In this document: piece after piece, positions 40,993 to 49,274 of the stretch
Numbering within the stretch: position 1 is the first letter of the stretch
Layout: the number at the start of each line of letters is the position of its first letter
Assembly (NCBI GenBank): GCA_963771795.1
Contig: CAVYUR010000006.1
Coordinates: 473,725 to 537,724 of the forward strand
DNA from: an uncultured Chloroflexia bacterium
GTDB taxonomy: Bacteria > Chloroflexota > Limnocylindria > Limnocylindrales > CSP1-4
Reading direction: 5' to 3'
DNA: 64,000 bases
The notes under the pieces: model-generated
What the model was told of the DNA's origin: nothing
What the model saw: the letters and a program-made list of their open reading frames with translations, nothing else
The model's database searches: none
Program-made: the position numbers and the translations under genes

Positions 40993-42840
40993 TTGTTCGG
41001 AACGCCTTTCCGGTCGCTCCGACGGCCAGTGCTGCTGATCGTCGTCTTCGGCTTCTTCCTCACGATCGTCGGCGTGACGGCCGTAAGCCAGGCGATCATC
41101 GTGTCGTCGCAGTCGTCCCAGACAATGCTCGGAGCGGTCGTCGGCTCGGATGCCGCGACCGTCCGTGGCTTCGCGAACGCCTACCTGATCCCGGCCGATC
41201 TCGAGCCGGGTCGCCTCACCGCGACACGAGCCGCCGCGCTCCAGCCACAGATCAAGACGCTCGTCTCCGCCGGCCAGATCCTGCGAATCGAGGTCCGACT
41301 CCCTGATGGGACGGTCCTGCTGTCCGACTCCGGCGATCAGGCAGACATGCGTGGGCTGTTGACGCCGGACTTCGTGACATCCGCGGGCGGCGCGGTCACA
41401 GCCGGATTCCACCCGGTGGCCGAGGCCGAATTGGTCGGGGCGACACTGCCCGCGAGCGACATCCTGCGTGCGTACTTCCCGGTCAAGGTCAACGGCGAGG
41501 TCGTCGCCGTCGTGGGGGTCTGGCGGGACGCGCTGCCGATCCTCGGCGACCTCGACCGCCTCCGACGCGAGGTCATCATCGTCACGTTGTTCGCAGGAGC
41601 CGTCGCCGCAATCGCGCTCTACCTCGTGTTCCGTGCCGCCCAGCGACGCATCCTCGCTCAGACCGACCAGCTGCTCGAGGCGACCACCCTCGACCAGATG
41701 ACCGGGTCGCTCAATCACGGTGCACTCGTCGGCGTGCTCGCGGGCGCGATCGAAGCTGCGCGACGGGCCGACGAGACGCTGGGCATTGCATTGGTCGACA
41801 TCGACAATTTCCGGAACCTCAACGAGACGCACGGCCATCCCGCTGGCGACCAAGCGCTCACCGCCGTCTCGGCGCTCCTTCGCGACGTGCTCCCGCGCGG
41901 GGTCCGGTGGGGCCGTTACGGACCGGACGAGTTCCTCGTGATCGTCGGATCCGAAATGATGACCGACCTCGAGCCGACCGTCGACCTGGTCCGGACGCGA
42001 CTCGTCGACATGAGCCTCCAATTCGAGGCCTCGGAACGCCTTCCGATCACGATCAGCGCGGGCATCTGCACCTTCCCGCTCAACGGCGAGTCGGTGACGA
42101 CGCTCCTCTCCACCGCGGCGCGGACGCTCGACGAGGCCAAGGCCGGCGGCGGAGACAGCGTCCGCGTCGCATCGGCGGAAAACGTTCCGATCGAGGAGGC
42201 GGTCCGGCTCGATGTGCTCGAAGGGCTGATCACCGCCGTCGACACGAAGGATCACTACACCCGTCGCCACTCGGAGGACGTGGCCCGCTACGCCGGCTTC
42301 CTTGCGGAGCAGCTCGGACTCGACGAGCAGGTCCGATCAGTGATCTACCGGGCCGGGCGCCTCCACGACGTCGGCAAGATCGGGATCCCCGATCAGATCC
42401 TGCGCAAGCCCGGCGCGCTGAGCGACAGCGAGTACGCGACTGTCCAGCAGCACGTCGCCCTCGGCGATCTCATCGTCCGCGACCTGCCTGACGTCGACGA
42501 GATCCGGGCCGGCATCCGCCACCACCATGAGCGCTGGGACGGATCCGGCTACCTGCACCGACTCGCCGGCGAGGACATCCCGGAAGTGGCGCGCATTCTC
42601 GCCGTCTGCGATGCGTTCTCCGCGATGACGACAACTCGGCCGTACCGGAAGGCGTTGTCGATCGACGAGGCGCTGACCCGACTCGAGGACGCCGCAGGAT
42701 CCCAGCTTGACGAACGGTTGGTCATCGCCTTCGTAGCGGGCATCCGGACCGTCGCAACTGCGCCATTGCCCGGAGACGGGCGAAGCGGCCTCTGGACGCC
42801 GGACCAGGCCCTGATCACGCCCGGCAGCGCGGTCGCCTGA
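40993..42840 (+). CDS. membrane sensor - degenerate GGDEF (RYGPDEF) - HD-GYP phosphodiesterase
   Basis: 615 aa. N-terminal TM helix, about 190-aa extracytoplasmic region, second TM, then GGDEF-like domain with GPDEF in place of GG(D/E)EF. C-terminal HD-GYP domain (HSEDVARYAGF...RLHDVGKIGIPDQIL...HHHERWDGSGYL). TTG start with GGAG 10 nt upstream. Confidence 0.8.
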   Translation: MFGTPFRSLRRPVLLIVVFGFFLTIVGVTAVSQAIIVSSQSSQTMLGAVVGSDAATVRGFANAYLIPADLEPGRLTATRAAALQPQIKTLVSAGQILRIEVRLPDGTVLLSDSGDQADMRGLLTPDFVTSAGGAVTAGFHPVAEAELVGATLPASDILRAYFPVKVNGEVVAVVGVWRDALPILGDLDRLRREVIIVTLFAGAVAAIALYLVFRAAQRRILAQTDQLLEATTLDQMTGSLNHGALVGVLAGAIEAARRADETLGIALVDIDNFRNLNETHGHPAGDQALTAVSALLRDVLPRGVRWGRYGPDEFLVIVGSEMMTDLEPTVDLVRTRLVDMSLQFEASERLPITISAGICTFPLNGESVTTLLSTAARTLDEAKAGGGDSVRVASAENVPIEEAVRLDVLEGLITAVDTKDHYTRRHSEDVARYAGFLAEQLGLDEQVRSVIYRAGRLHDVGKIGIPDQILRKPGALSDSEYATVQQHVALGDLIVRDLPDVDEIRAGIRHHHERWDGSGYLHRLAGEDIPEVARILAVCDAFSAMTTTRPYRKALSIDEALTRLEDAAGSQLDERLVIAFVAGIRTVATAPLPGDGRSGLWTPDQALITPGSAVA

Positions 42841-42853
42841 CTTGCATGCGCCC

Positions 42854-44104
42854 ATGTTCCTTCGGGGGCTCGTTTCGCGCGTCCGCGCCGCCGCATTGGC
42901 CGTGGCAGTTGCCGCGTTGGTCATGCCGACGATCGGCCTCGCCGCAGTCACGAAGCCCCCGCTCGGAACCGCCGGTAACTACGCCATCGTCGCGAACACG
43001 ACGATCACCAACACGGGCGTGACGCTCATCAACGGGAACCTCGCCCTGGTCGGGCCCTCGGCCACCGGGTTCGGCCCGGGCGTGGGCGTCATCGCCGGCC
43101 GTAGCGACATTGGCAACGCGGCGGCGGACAAAGCCGTAGCCGACGTTCTTACAGCCCACCATGCAGCGACGGCCGCGACCCCCGTCACGGAGATGGCGGG
43201 CGATCTCGGCGGCCGGACGCTGTTCCCTGGCGCCTATCACATCGGTGCCGGAGCCACCATCGGGGCTGGCGAAACGCTCACCCTCGACGGGAAAGGCCAG
43301 ACGAACCCGGTATTCATCTTCCAGATCGGCTCGACGCTGACGACCGGAACAGCGGCGCGAGTGCGGTTGACGAACCGCGCCGCCGGGTGCTCGGTGTTCT
43401 GGGCCGTCGGCAGCTCGGCGACACTCGGGACGGGCACCTCGCTCCAGGGCAACCTGATGGCGCTGGTCAGCATCACCATGACCACCGGCGCGACGATCGG
43501 TACCGGCGGCGGCCCAAACGGCGGCCGGGCCTTCGCTCAGAACGGAGCGATCACCCTCGATACGAACCAGATCATGGCACCACGGGGCACTTGCGCCACC
43601 GGCCCGGCCCCGACGCCCGCCCCGACAGCGGTCCCGACACCGGTCCCAACCTCAGCTCCGACCCCAGTCCCGACGCCCGCTCGGACACCCATCCCAACGC
43701 CCGCCACAACGGCGCGGCCGACTCCCTCTCCGACCTCGGTCCTGCCACCGCTGCCGCCACTGCAGACACCACCCGGCGCGACCCCGACGCCGGCTGTTTC
43801 GAGCCCTGGATCGTCGCCTCCGGCTTCCTCGAGTGCAGGTGCGGTCGTAGCTCCAGTGACCAATCCGCCCACGGACCCGCCGCCGCCGTTGCTCTTCGTC
43901 ATCCCGGCCGGGGTCGAGGGGCCGGTCACCTTCGACGGGGGTAGTTTCGGGTTCATCGGGCCGTTCGTCGTCCCTGGATTCCTCGCAGCGGCCTCCGGTT
44001 TCCTGATCATCCTGCTTCTGCTGGCGCAGACGTTCGGCGCGCTGGTGTGGCTGCCGGTCGTCCGGCGCCGCGTAGGCTCGTTCGGCCTCAGGCGGCATAG
44101 CTAG
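42854..44104 (+). CDS. secreted DUF3494 (ice-binding-like beta-helix) protein with Thr/Pro-rich linker and C-terminal PGF-plus-TM-plus-RRR sorting-signal-like tail
   Basis: Signal peptide MFLRGLVSRVRAAALAVAVAALVMPTIGLA|AV. DUF3494 hallmarks (GTAGNYAIVANTTITNTGVTLINGNLALVGPSATGF ... LFPGAYHIGAGATIGAGETLTLDGKGQTNPVFIFQIGSTLTTG ... CSVFWAVGSSATLGTGTSLQGNLMALVSITMTTGATIGTGG...ITLDTN). Then about 90 aa of (P/T/A/S)-rich linker. Then ...VVPGF-LAAASGFLIILLLLAQTFGALVWLPVV-RRR. Confidence 0.7.
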   Translation: MFLRGLVSRVRAAALAVAVAALVMPTIGLAAVTKPPLGTAGNYAIVANTTITNTGVTLINGNLALVGPSATGFGPGVGVIAGRSDIGNAAADKAVADVLTAHHAATAATPVTEMAGDLGGRTLFPGAYHIGAGATIGAGETLTLDGKGQTNPVFIFQIGSTLTTGTAARVRLTNRAAGCSVFWAVGSSATLGTGTSLQGNLMALVSITMTTGATIGTGGGPNGGRAFAQNGAITLDTNQIMAPRGTCATGPAPTPAPTAVPTPVPTSAPTPVPTPARTPIPTPATTARPTPSPTSVLPPLPPLQTPPGATPTPAVSSPGSSPPASSSAGAVVAPVTNPPTDPPPPLLFVIPAGVEGPVTFDGGSFGFIGPFVVPGFLAAASGFLIILLLLAQTFGALVWLPVVRRRVGSFGLRRHS

Positions 44105-44151
44105 CCGCTGACCAGGGCCCGAACGGGATTCGTCGGGCCGGCGTGACCGCT

Positions 44152-44298
44152 ATGATCCCGCCCGTGCCCGACCTGGTGATCGCCCTCGCGTTGATCCTGT
44201 CCGTGGTCCTCGGTGTCGCGGGCAACCGCTGGTGGAGCCGTCGCGAGCGCTCGGCGGAAGACGGACTGGGCCTGTCTGATCTCGCCAACCCGGTATGA
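44152..44298 (+). CDS. hypothetical small membrane protein (48 aa)
   Basis: ATG ORF with one TM helix (LVIALALILSVVLGVAG). Stop overlaps next ATG. Below the ORF-track length cutoff. Speculative. Confidence 0.25.
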   Translation: MIPPVPDLVIALALILSVVLGVAGNRWWSRRERSAEDGLGLSDLANPV

Positions 44299-44980
44299 CC
44301 GTCACGGTCGTCCTGCTCGCGTTCATCATGGTCGAGGCCCTGTCGTCGTTCGGTCGCGCCCGTGAGCACGCCGGAACCGAGGCCCGCCTTGTCGACAGCT
44401 CGCCCAGGCCGCGGTCCGGGTGGCCGATCCCGACATCGCCCGCGAGCTCGAGGGCGACCTCATCTGCTGCAGCCGGGCCGTTCGGTTCATCGAGTGGCCA
44501 TCGATGGCCAGCGGCGGCGACCGAGCCCAGTCCGCGACCTCATGGGAACGACGCCTCGAGGCGACCCTGACGGACATGTGCCACGGTGCCGGCGATGCCG
44601 AGCTCGAGCGGCTGATCGATCTCGATGGGGCGCTCGGCGACGTGCGCCTGGCGCGACTCGCCGAGGCAGACCCGTCGATCCCGACAGGGCTGAATTGGCT
44701 GATGTTCCTGTCTGTCATCGTGACGCTCGTCGCGCTGGCGATGTTCTTCAGGCCAGGCGGCAGCATCCTGCTGCTCGGCGGCTTCCTCGTCGTGTTCGCG
44801 GTAATCGACGGCGGAACGCTCTGGATGATCTACGACCTCGACCGGCCGTTCAACGGAGTCAACCGGATCGAGCCGACCGAGCTCGCGCGCACGCAGGCCT
44901 TCGTCGAGGACGACTTCGCGAAGCGCTTCGCGGGGTTCTCCGTGCCGTGTGACGTGCTGGCGACGTTTCCCGAGAGATGA
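44295..44980 (+). CDS. hypothetical integral membrane protein (possibly one frameshift joining ORFs 44295.. and 44420..)
   Basis: N-terminal TM (MTVTVVLLAFIMVEAL) in ORF 44295..44570. Two more TM helices (LNWLMFLSVIVTLVALAMFF; SILLLGGFLVVFAVIDGGTLWMIY) in ORF 44420..44980. No family call. Confidence 0.4.
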
Positions 44981-45053
44981 GCGCCGAACCCAGCCTCAGC
45001 TTCGCTGCTCGGTTCGGACCGCGCCGACCTGCGGGCCATTTCGTGCTGGGATT

Positions 45054-45130
45054 GTGGAGGCGACGACCGGATTCGAACCGGTGAATAGAGGTTTTGCAGA
45101 CCTCCGTGTTGAACCACTTCACCACGTCGC
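45054..45130 (-). tRNA. tRNA-Cys (GCA)
   Basis: Revcomp GGCGACG..GAGGT-CTGCAAA-ACCTC..GGTTCGAATCC..CGTCGCC-T-CCA. 77 nt with encoded CCA. Confidence 0.9.
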
Positions 45131-45160
45131 CCCGCGGCCCCGGGTCTCTACCCCGAGTCG

Positions 45161-45236
45161 GTGGCTGCCCCTCGAGGATTCGAACCTCGGTTCACGGATC
45201 CAAAGTCCGCTGTCCTACCACTAGACGAAGGGGCAG
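45161..45236 (-). tRNA. tRNA-Gln (TTG)
   Basis: Revcomp ..CTGCCCC..anticodon arm GCGGA-CTTTGGA-TCCGT (UUG)..GGTTCGAATCC..GGGGCAG. Exact 5'/3' ends uncertain by 1-2 nt. Confidence 0.8.
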
Positions 45237-45281
45237 CGGCAGCTTCCTCGAGAGCCTCCCGGGCACTTCCCGGGCAGAAAA

Positions 45282-45357
45282 ATGGAGCGGAAGACGGGAC
45301 TCGAACCCGCGACCCTCACCTTGGCAAGGTGATGCTCTACCAACTGAGCCACTTCCG
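45282..45357 (-). tRNA. tRNA-Gly (GCC)
   Basis: Revcomp GCGGAAG-TG-GCTCAGTTGGTAGAGC-A-TCACC-TTGCCAA-GGTGA..GGGTTCGAGTCCC..CTTCCGC-T-CCA. 76 nt. Confidence 0.9.
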
Positions 45358-45382
45358 CTCGAAAGTCCGACCACCGACTGCG

Positions 45383-45458
45383 GTGGTGCCGAGAGCCAGA
45401 ATCGAACTGGCGACACCGCGATTTTCAGTCGCGTGCTCTACCAACTGAGCTATCTCGG
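45383..45458 (-). tRNA. tRNA-Phe (GAA)
   Basis: Revcomp GCCGAGA-TA-GCTCAGTTGGTAGAGC-A-CGCGA-CTGAAAA-TCGCG-GTGTC-GCCAGTTCGATTCTGGC-TCTCGGC-A-CCA. 76 nt. Confidence 0.9.
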
Positions 45459-45565
45459 CCCGATGGCCAACCAGGCTTTGGTCACCCGTCGGCGAACCGC
45501 AGGATATCACGGGCCTCGGCGGCCCTTCAACGATGCGAGGGCCGGAATGGCGCGGCGACGGGGCG

Positions 45566-46171
45566 TCAGCGCCGCTCGCCGGGCGGCGTCAGCGCCTTCG
45601 GCCTGCGACCCGCGGCGGCTTCCTCGATGAGCAGCGCCAGGCGCCTCGCCCGCGTCTCCGGGCGCTTCGCGCTCGTGACCCACCACGTCGCGCCCGTGCG
45701 GAACGACGGCGCCTGCTTCTCGAACCACGCCCATGCTGCCGCCTCGTTTCGGAAGAGCTTCGCTTCGTCCGGTTCGAGCTTCGCGAGGTGGCGTTGCTCG
45801 TACGAGTAGACGCCTGAGCGATCCTCGGTCCGCGCCTCAAAGGCGGCTATTCCAGCCGGCCGCATCCGCCCTTGCTTCGTCAGCTCCTTGATCTTGGCGA
45901 TGTTGACGACACTCCAGTTGCTGCCCTTGCGCCGCGGCGTGAAGCGCTGCGCGGACCTCTCCGCGTCGAGCGAGTAGCGGACGGAGTCGATCCAGCCCAC
46001 GCAAAGCGCCTCGTCGACCGCGTCTGACCAGGTCACGCTTGGCTTGCCCGTCGCCTTCTTGTACGAGCCGAGCCACAGCTCGGAAGCCGTCTCGTGGTTC
46101 GCGTCGAACCAGTCACGCAGCTCCTCGGGGCTCTGGAAGAAGATCGGGTCCGCGGGCGGTTTCGGGGCCAA
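45566..46171 (-). CDS. YdeI/OmpD-associated family protein (DUF1801-like)
   Basis: 201 aa. IFFQSPEELRDWFDANHETASELWLGSYKKATGKPSVTWSDAVDEALCVGWIDSVRY is the characteristic N-terminal region of this family. Confidence 0.6.
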   Translation of the reverse strand: MAPKPPADPIFFQSPEELRDWFDANHETASELWLGSYKKATGKPSVTWSDAVDEALCVGWIDSVRYSLDAERSAQRFTPRRKGSNWSVVNIAKIKELTKQGRMRPAGIAAFEARTEDRSGVYSYEQRHLAKLEPDEAKLFRNEAAAWAWFEKQAPSFRTGATWWVTSAKRPETRARRLALLIEEAAAGRRPKALTPPGERR

Positions 46172-46181
46172 GGCGCGTCCG

Positions 46182-47162
46182 CTACTCGAGCTCGGCGAGC
46201 TGCGCCATCTCCGACGCCTCGAGCGGCTTCTCGCCCGTCAGCTCACGGAGGCGGTTGATCCGATCGACGGTCGCCGGATGGGTCGAGAAGAGACCCTTCG
46301 AGCGTTCCTCGAACTTCTTGATCGGGTTCGTGAAGTACATGTGCTGCGTCGCCCGGTTGGCGACCTCGAGGACCTCCGGATCGGCCGAGATCTTGGCGAG
46401 CGCCCGCTCGAGGCCGTAGGGGTTGCGCGTGAGCTCGACCGACGACGCATCGGCGAGGTACTCGCGCTGGCGGTTCACGGCCAGCTGGACGAAGCGGGCG
46501 ACGATCGGGGCGACGATCGAGAGGACAATCGCGACGACGAGAAAGACCACTTGGAGGCCACCCGAGCCACCGCTGTCCCGGTCGCGGCGGCCCCGGCCCA
46601 CGCCGCCCCAGAACGAAAACCGAAGGAAGAAGTCGGCCAGCAGCGCGATCGACCCGACGAGCACGCCGACGATCATCGCGAACCTGATGTCGAAGTTGCG
46701 GACGTGCGACAGCTCGTGGCCGAGGACCCCCTGGAGCTCCTCGCGGTCGAGTTTCTCGAGGAGGCCGGTCGTGATCGCCACCGACGCGTGCTTCGGGTCG
46801 CGTCCGGTCGCGAAGGCGTTCGGGGCGGTGTCGTCGATGATGTAGACCTTGGGCATTGGGACGTTTGCCGCGATCGCCAGCTCCTGGACGACGTTCATCA
46901 GCTGCGGCGCGCTCGTCGCGTCGACCTCGCGGGCACCGGCCACGCGGAGGACGAGCGCGTCACCGCCGAAGTACGAGGCGAGGGCGATGCCACCGCCAAC
47001 CACGAGGGCGATGACCATGGCCGCGATCGCGCCCGCCAGCTCCCCGCTGATCGCGAACCCGATGCTGAACCCCAGCGCCATGAACAGGGCGACCACGATC
47101 AGGGTGAGCAGAAACGACTTCCGCTTGTTCTCCGCGATCTGGTTGAAGAAGGTCTCGGCCAC
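46182..47162 (-). CDS. htpX: zinc metalloprotease HtpX (M48 family)
   Basis: 326 aa. N-terminal TM helices, HELSHV zinc-binding motif, NAFATG, second pair of TM helices. Paired with lemA upstream. Confidence 0.85.
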   Translation of the reverse strand: MAETFFNQIAENKRKSFLLTLIVVALFMALGFSIGFAISGELAGAIAAMVIALVVGGGIALASYFGGDALVLRVAGAREVDATSAPQLMNVVQELAIAANVPMPKVYIIDDTAPNAFATGRDPKHASVAITTGLLEKLDREELQGVLGHELSHVRNFDIRFAMIVGVLVGSIALLADFFLRFSFWGGVGRGRRDRDSGGSGGLQVVFLVVAIVLSIVAPIVARFVQLAVNRQREYLADASSVELTRNPYGLERALAKISADPEVLEVANRATQHMYFTNPIKKFEERSKGLFSTHPATVDRINRLRELTGEKPLEASEMAQLAELE

Positions 47163-47190
47163 GGGGACCTCGGAGGCGCCGCCTCGCGCC

Positions 47191-47763
47191 TCAGTTCAGG
47201 GAGAGGTCCACGTTCGGAACGTTGGCCGCCTCGGGCTCGGCGTCGAAGAACTCTCGCTTGCTGAAGCCGAACGGACCGGCGATCAACACGTTCGGGAACG
47301 TTGCGATGGCCGTGTTGTAGTCGAGGACGGTCGCGTTGTAGTGCTGGCGCGAGAATGCGATCTGGTTCTCGGTGGTCGTCAGCTGCTCCTGTAGCTCCAG
47401 CACGTTCTGGTTCGCTTTGAGCTCCGGATAGTTCTCGACGACCGCGAACAGCGATCGGAGGGTTCCGGTCAGCTGGTTCTCGGCCTGCGCCTGGGCGGCC
47501 GGGCCCTGGGCGCCGGCGGCCACCGCAGCGGCGCGTGCGTTAGTGACGTCCGTCAGGACCTGCTGCTCGAAGCCCATGTAGCCCTTGACGGCGTTCACGA
47601 GGTTCGGGATCAGGTCGTGTCGCCGCTTCAGCTGGACTTCGATCTGAGCGAACGCCTCGTCGATGCGCAGACGCCGCTGGATCAGGCCGTTGTAGATCCC
47701 GATCACGAAGATGACGATCAGGACGATGACGGCGACGACGATGATCAGTCCGATGTTGTCCAT
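47191..47763 (-). CDS. lemA: LemA family protein
   Basis: 190 aa from internal ATG at 47763 (Shine-Dalgarno GGTGAGGTGG). One N-terminal TM plus LemA core (YNGLIQRRLRIDEAFAQIEVQLKRRHDLIPNLV...VENYPELKAN...). The 305-aa track ORF over-extends. Confidence 0.8.
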   Translation of the reverse strand: MDNIGLIIVVAVIVLIVIFVIGIYNGLIQRRLRIDEAFAQIEVQLKRRHDLIPNLVNAVKGYMGFEQQVLTDVTNARAAAVAAGAQGPAAQAQAENQLTGTLRSLFAVVENYPELKANQNVLELQEQLTTTENQIAFSRQHYNATVLDYNTAIATFPNVLIAGPFGFSKREFFDAEPEAANVPNVDLSLN

Positions 47764-48112
47764 GCCCACCTCACCATGGCCGGCCGATGGCAACGCCCCG
47801 CCGATCCTCGCTCTGAGTCTAGCAGGCGGGACGCCCCGCGCCCGGCCGCGCCCCGGACGCCCGCGGGGCGAGCGAACGCGCTTTGGCCGGAGCCCCCCGG
47901 CCACCGGCCGCGTGCCGAGGGGTCGAATATTCCAAGGAGGCTTATGGAGCGCTATTGCGTGGTGCGAGAGGCACGCATAGGCCCGGATTATCACGAGGAC
48001 GCATGAATTCGGCCCAGATTGCGCCCCAGATGCGGGATTGCGGTCGAATATGCCTCCACGGAATAGTCCGCGACCCACGGGAGCGCGCGCCCTGCGCCCG
48101 CATGGCACTGCT

Positions 48113-48188
48113 GGTGGGCGGTACTGGACTCGAACCAGTGACTTCCTCGGTGTAAGCGAGGCGCTCTAACCAACTGAGCTAACCGCCC
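48113..48188 (-). tRNA. tRNA-Val (TAC)
   Basis: Revcomp GGGCGGT-TA-GCTCAGTTGGTTAGAGC-G-CCTCG-CTTACAC-CGAGG..GGTTCGAGTCC..ACCGCCC-A-CCA. 76 nt. Confidence 0.9.
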
Positions 48189-48289
48189 GCGGCACAGGAT
48201 AGTCGTGACGCGTTCGTTACAGGGCCGCGACCGCCGGGTAACGCGGGGGGCGGACGATGTAGCCCTGCGCACGTACCCGGAGTGACCCC

Positions 48290-48976
48290 ATGGACGATCA
48301 ACGGTTTCCCCGCCCGGCCATCCTCATCGCCGCCCTTGCACTCGCGGCCGTCGGGTGCTCGACGGCCTCCCCGAGTGCCCCGATTCCGCCCGCAACGACA
48401 GCTTCGCCCCCGGCCAGCACCGCCGCCCCGCCCAAATCGGCGGCCCCGACCGTCTCATCGTCACCATCGGCGGCGCCTTCGTCGACTGCATCATTGGCGC
48501 CGTCGCCGAACGCGTCACTGCCGAGCGGCTGGACGTCCTGCTCCAACTCCCATGTGGGATTCGAGATCGGTTACCCGGCTGCCTGGTACACCGCGGAACT
48601 GAACCTGCGGCAGGTGTGTCAGCAGTTCGACCCGATGGAATTCACGATCCCGGTCGACGGCGAGTATCCATTGACCGCCCTCAACGCCGTGCAGACCCCG
48701 GATCTCTTCGACCCGGCCACCTCCGGCCAAGCCGATCCAACTGCCCGCATGCTGCTCCGTGAGGCGACCATCGTGGGTGGACGCGCGGCGGTCCGGTTCG
48801 AGTGGTCGCTGAGCGAGGCGGGAATGCTCCCAATCGACACGAAGAGGTACGGCTACGTGATCGATCGCGATGGCCGTGAATTCACTGTCTTCACGACGGC
48901 TATCCCCGCACAAGCCGGGTACGAGGACTGGAAGCCCGTCGTAGACCAGGCCGTCGAGACGTTGCGCCTCCACTGA
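48290..48976 (+). CDS. hypothetical lipoprotein with Pro/Ser/Thr/Ala-rich linker
   Basis: Signal peptide plus lipobox (ILIAALALAAVGC|S). About 60-aa low-complexity linker. About 130-aa C-terminal domain with no recognised family. Confidence 0.6.
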   Translation: MDDQRFPRPAILIAALALAAVGCSTASPSAPIPPATTASPPASTAAPPKSAAPTVSSSPSAAPSSTASLAPSPNASLPSGWTSCSNSHVGFEIGYPAAWYTAELNLRQVCQQFDPMEFTIPVDGEYPLTALNAVQTPDLFDPATSGQADPTARMLLREATIVGGRAAVRFEWSLSEAGMLPIDTKRYGYVIDRDGREFTVFTTAIPAQAGYEDWKPVVDQAVETLRLH

Positions 48977-49034
48977 TCACCGAAAACGACAACGACCCTC
49001 CGGACGGAGGGTCGTTTCTCGTTCAGCCAAAGGG

Positions 49035-49119
49035 TGGTGCCCAGGCCGGGACTTGAACCCGGATGAGTTGCCTCATACGCCCCTCAAACGTACGCGTATA
49101 CCAATTCCGCCACCTGGGC
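49035..49119 (-). tRNA. tRNA-Leu (GAG), type II
   Basis: Revcomp GCCCAGG..anticodon arm TACGT-TTGAGGG-GCGTA (GAG), long variable arm TGAGGCAACTCATC, GGTTCAAGTCC, CCTGGGC-A-CCA. 85 nt. Confidence 0.85.
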
Positions 49120-49157
49120 AGGTGTGCTCGCAGCTGTCGACGGGTTCAGTGGTGAGG

Positions 49158-49244
49158 TGGTACCGAGGAAGGGACTTGAACCCATACGCCCTTGCGGGCA
49201 CTAGCTCCTGAAGCTAGCGCGTCTGCCAATTTCGCCACCTCGGC
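49158..49244 (-). tRNA. tRNA-Leu (CAG), type II
   Basis: Revcomp GCCGAGG..CTAGC-TTCAGGA-GCTAG (CAG), variable arm TGCCCGCAAGGGCGTA, GGTTCAAGTCC, CCTCGGT-A-CCA. 87 nt. Confidence 0.85.
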
Positions 49245-49274
49245 GTCGACCCGTAGCGATCGGTTTGCACGTGC

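Noticed and set aside
43600-43870. Pro/Thr/Ala-rich stretch that could be called as a separate gene or repeat
   Set aside because: It is the in-frame linker between the DUF3494 domain and the C-terminal anchor of the same ORF.
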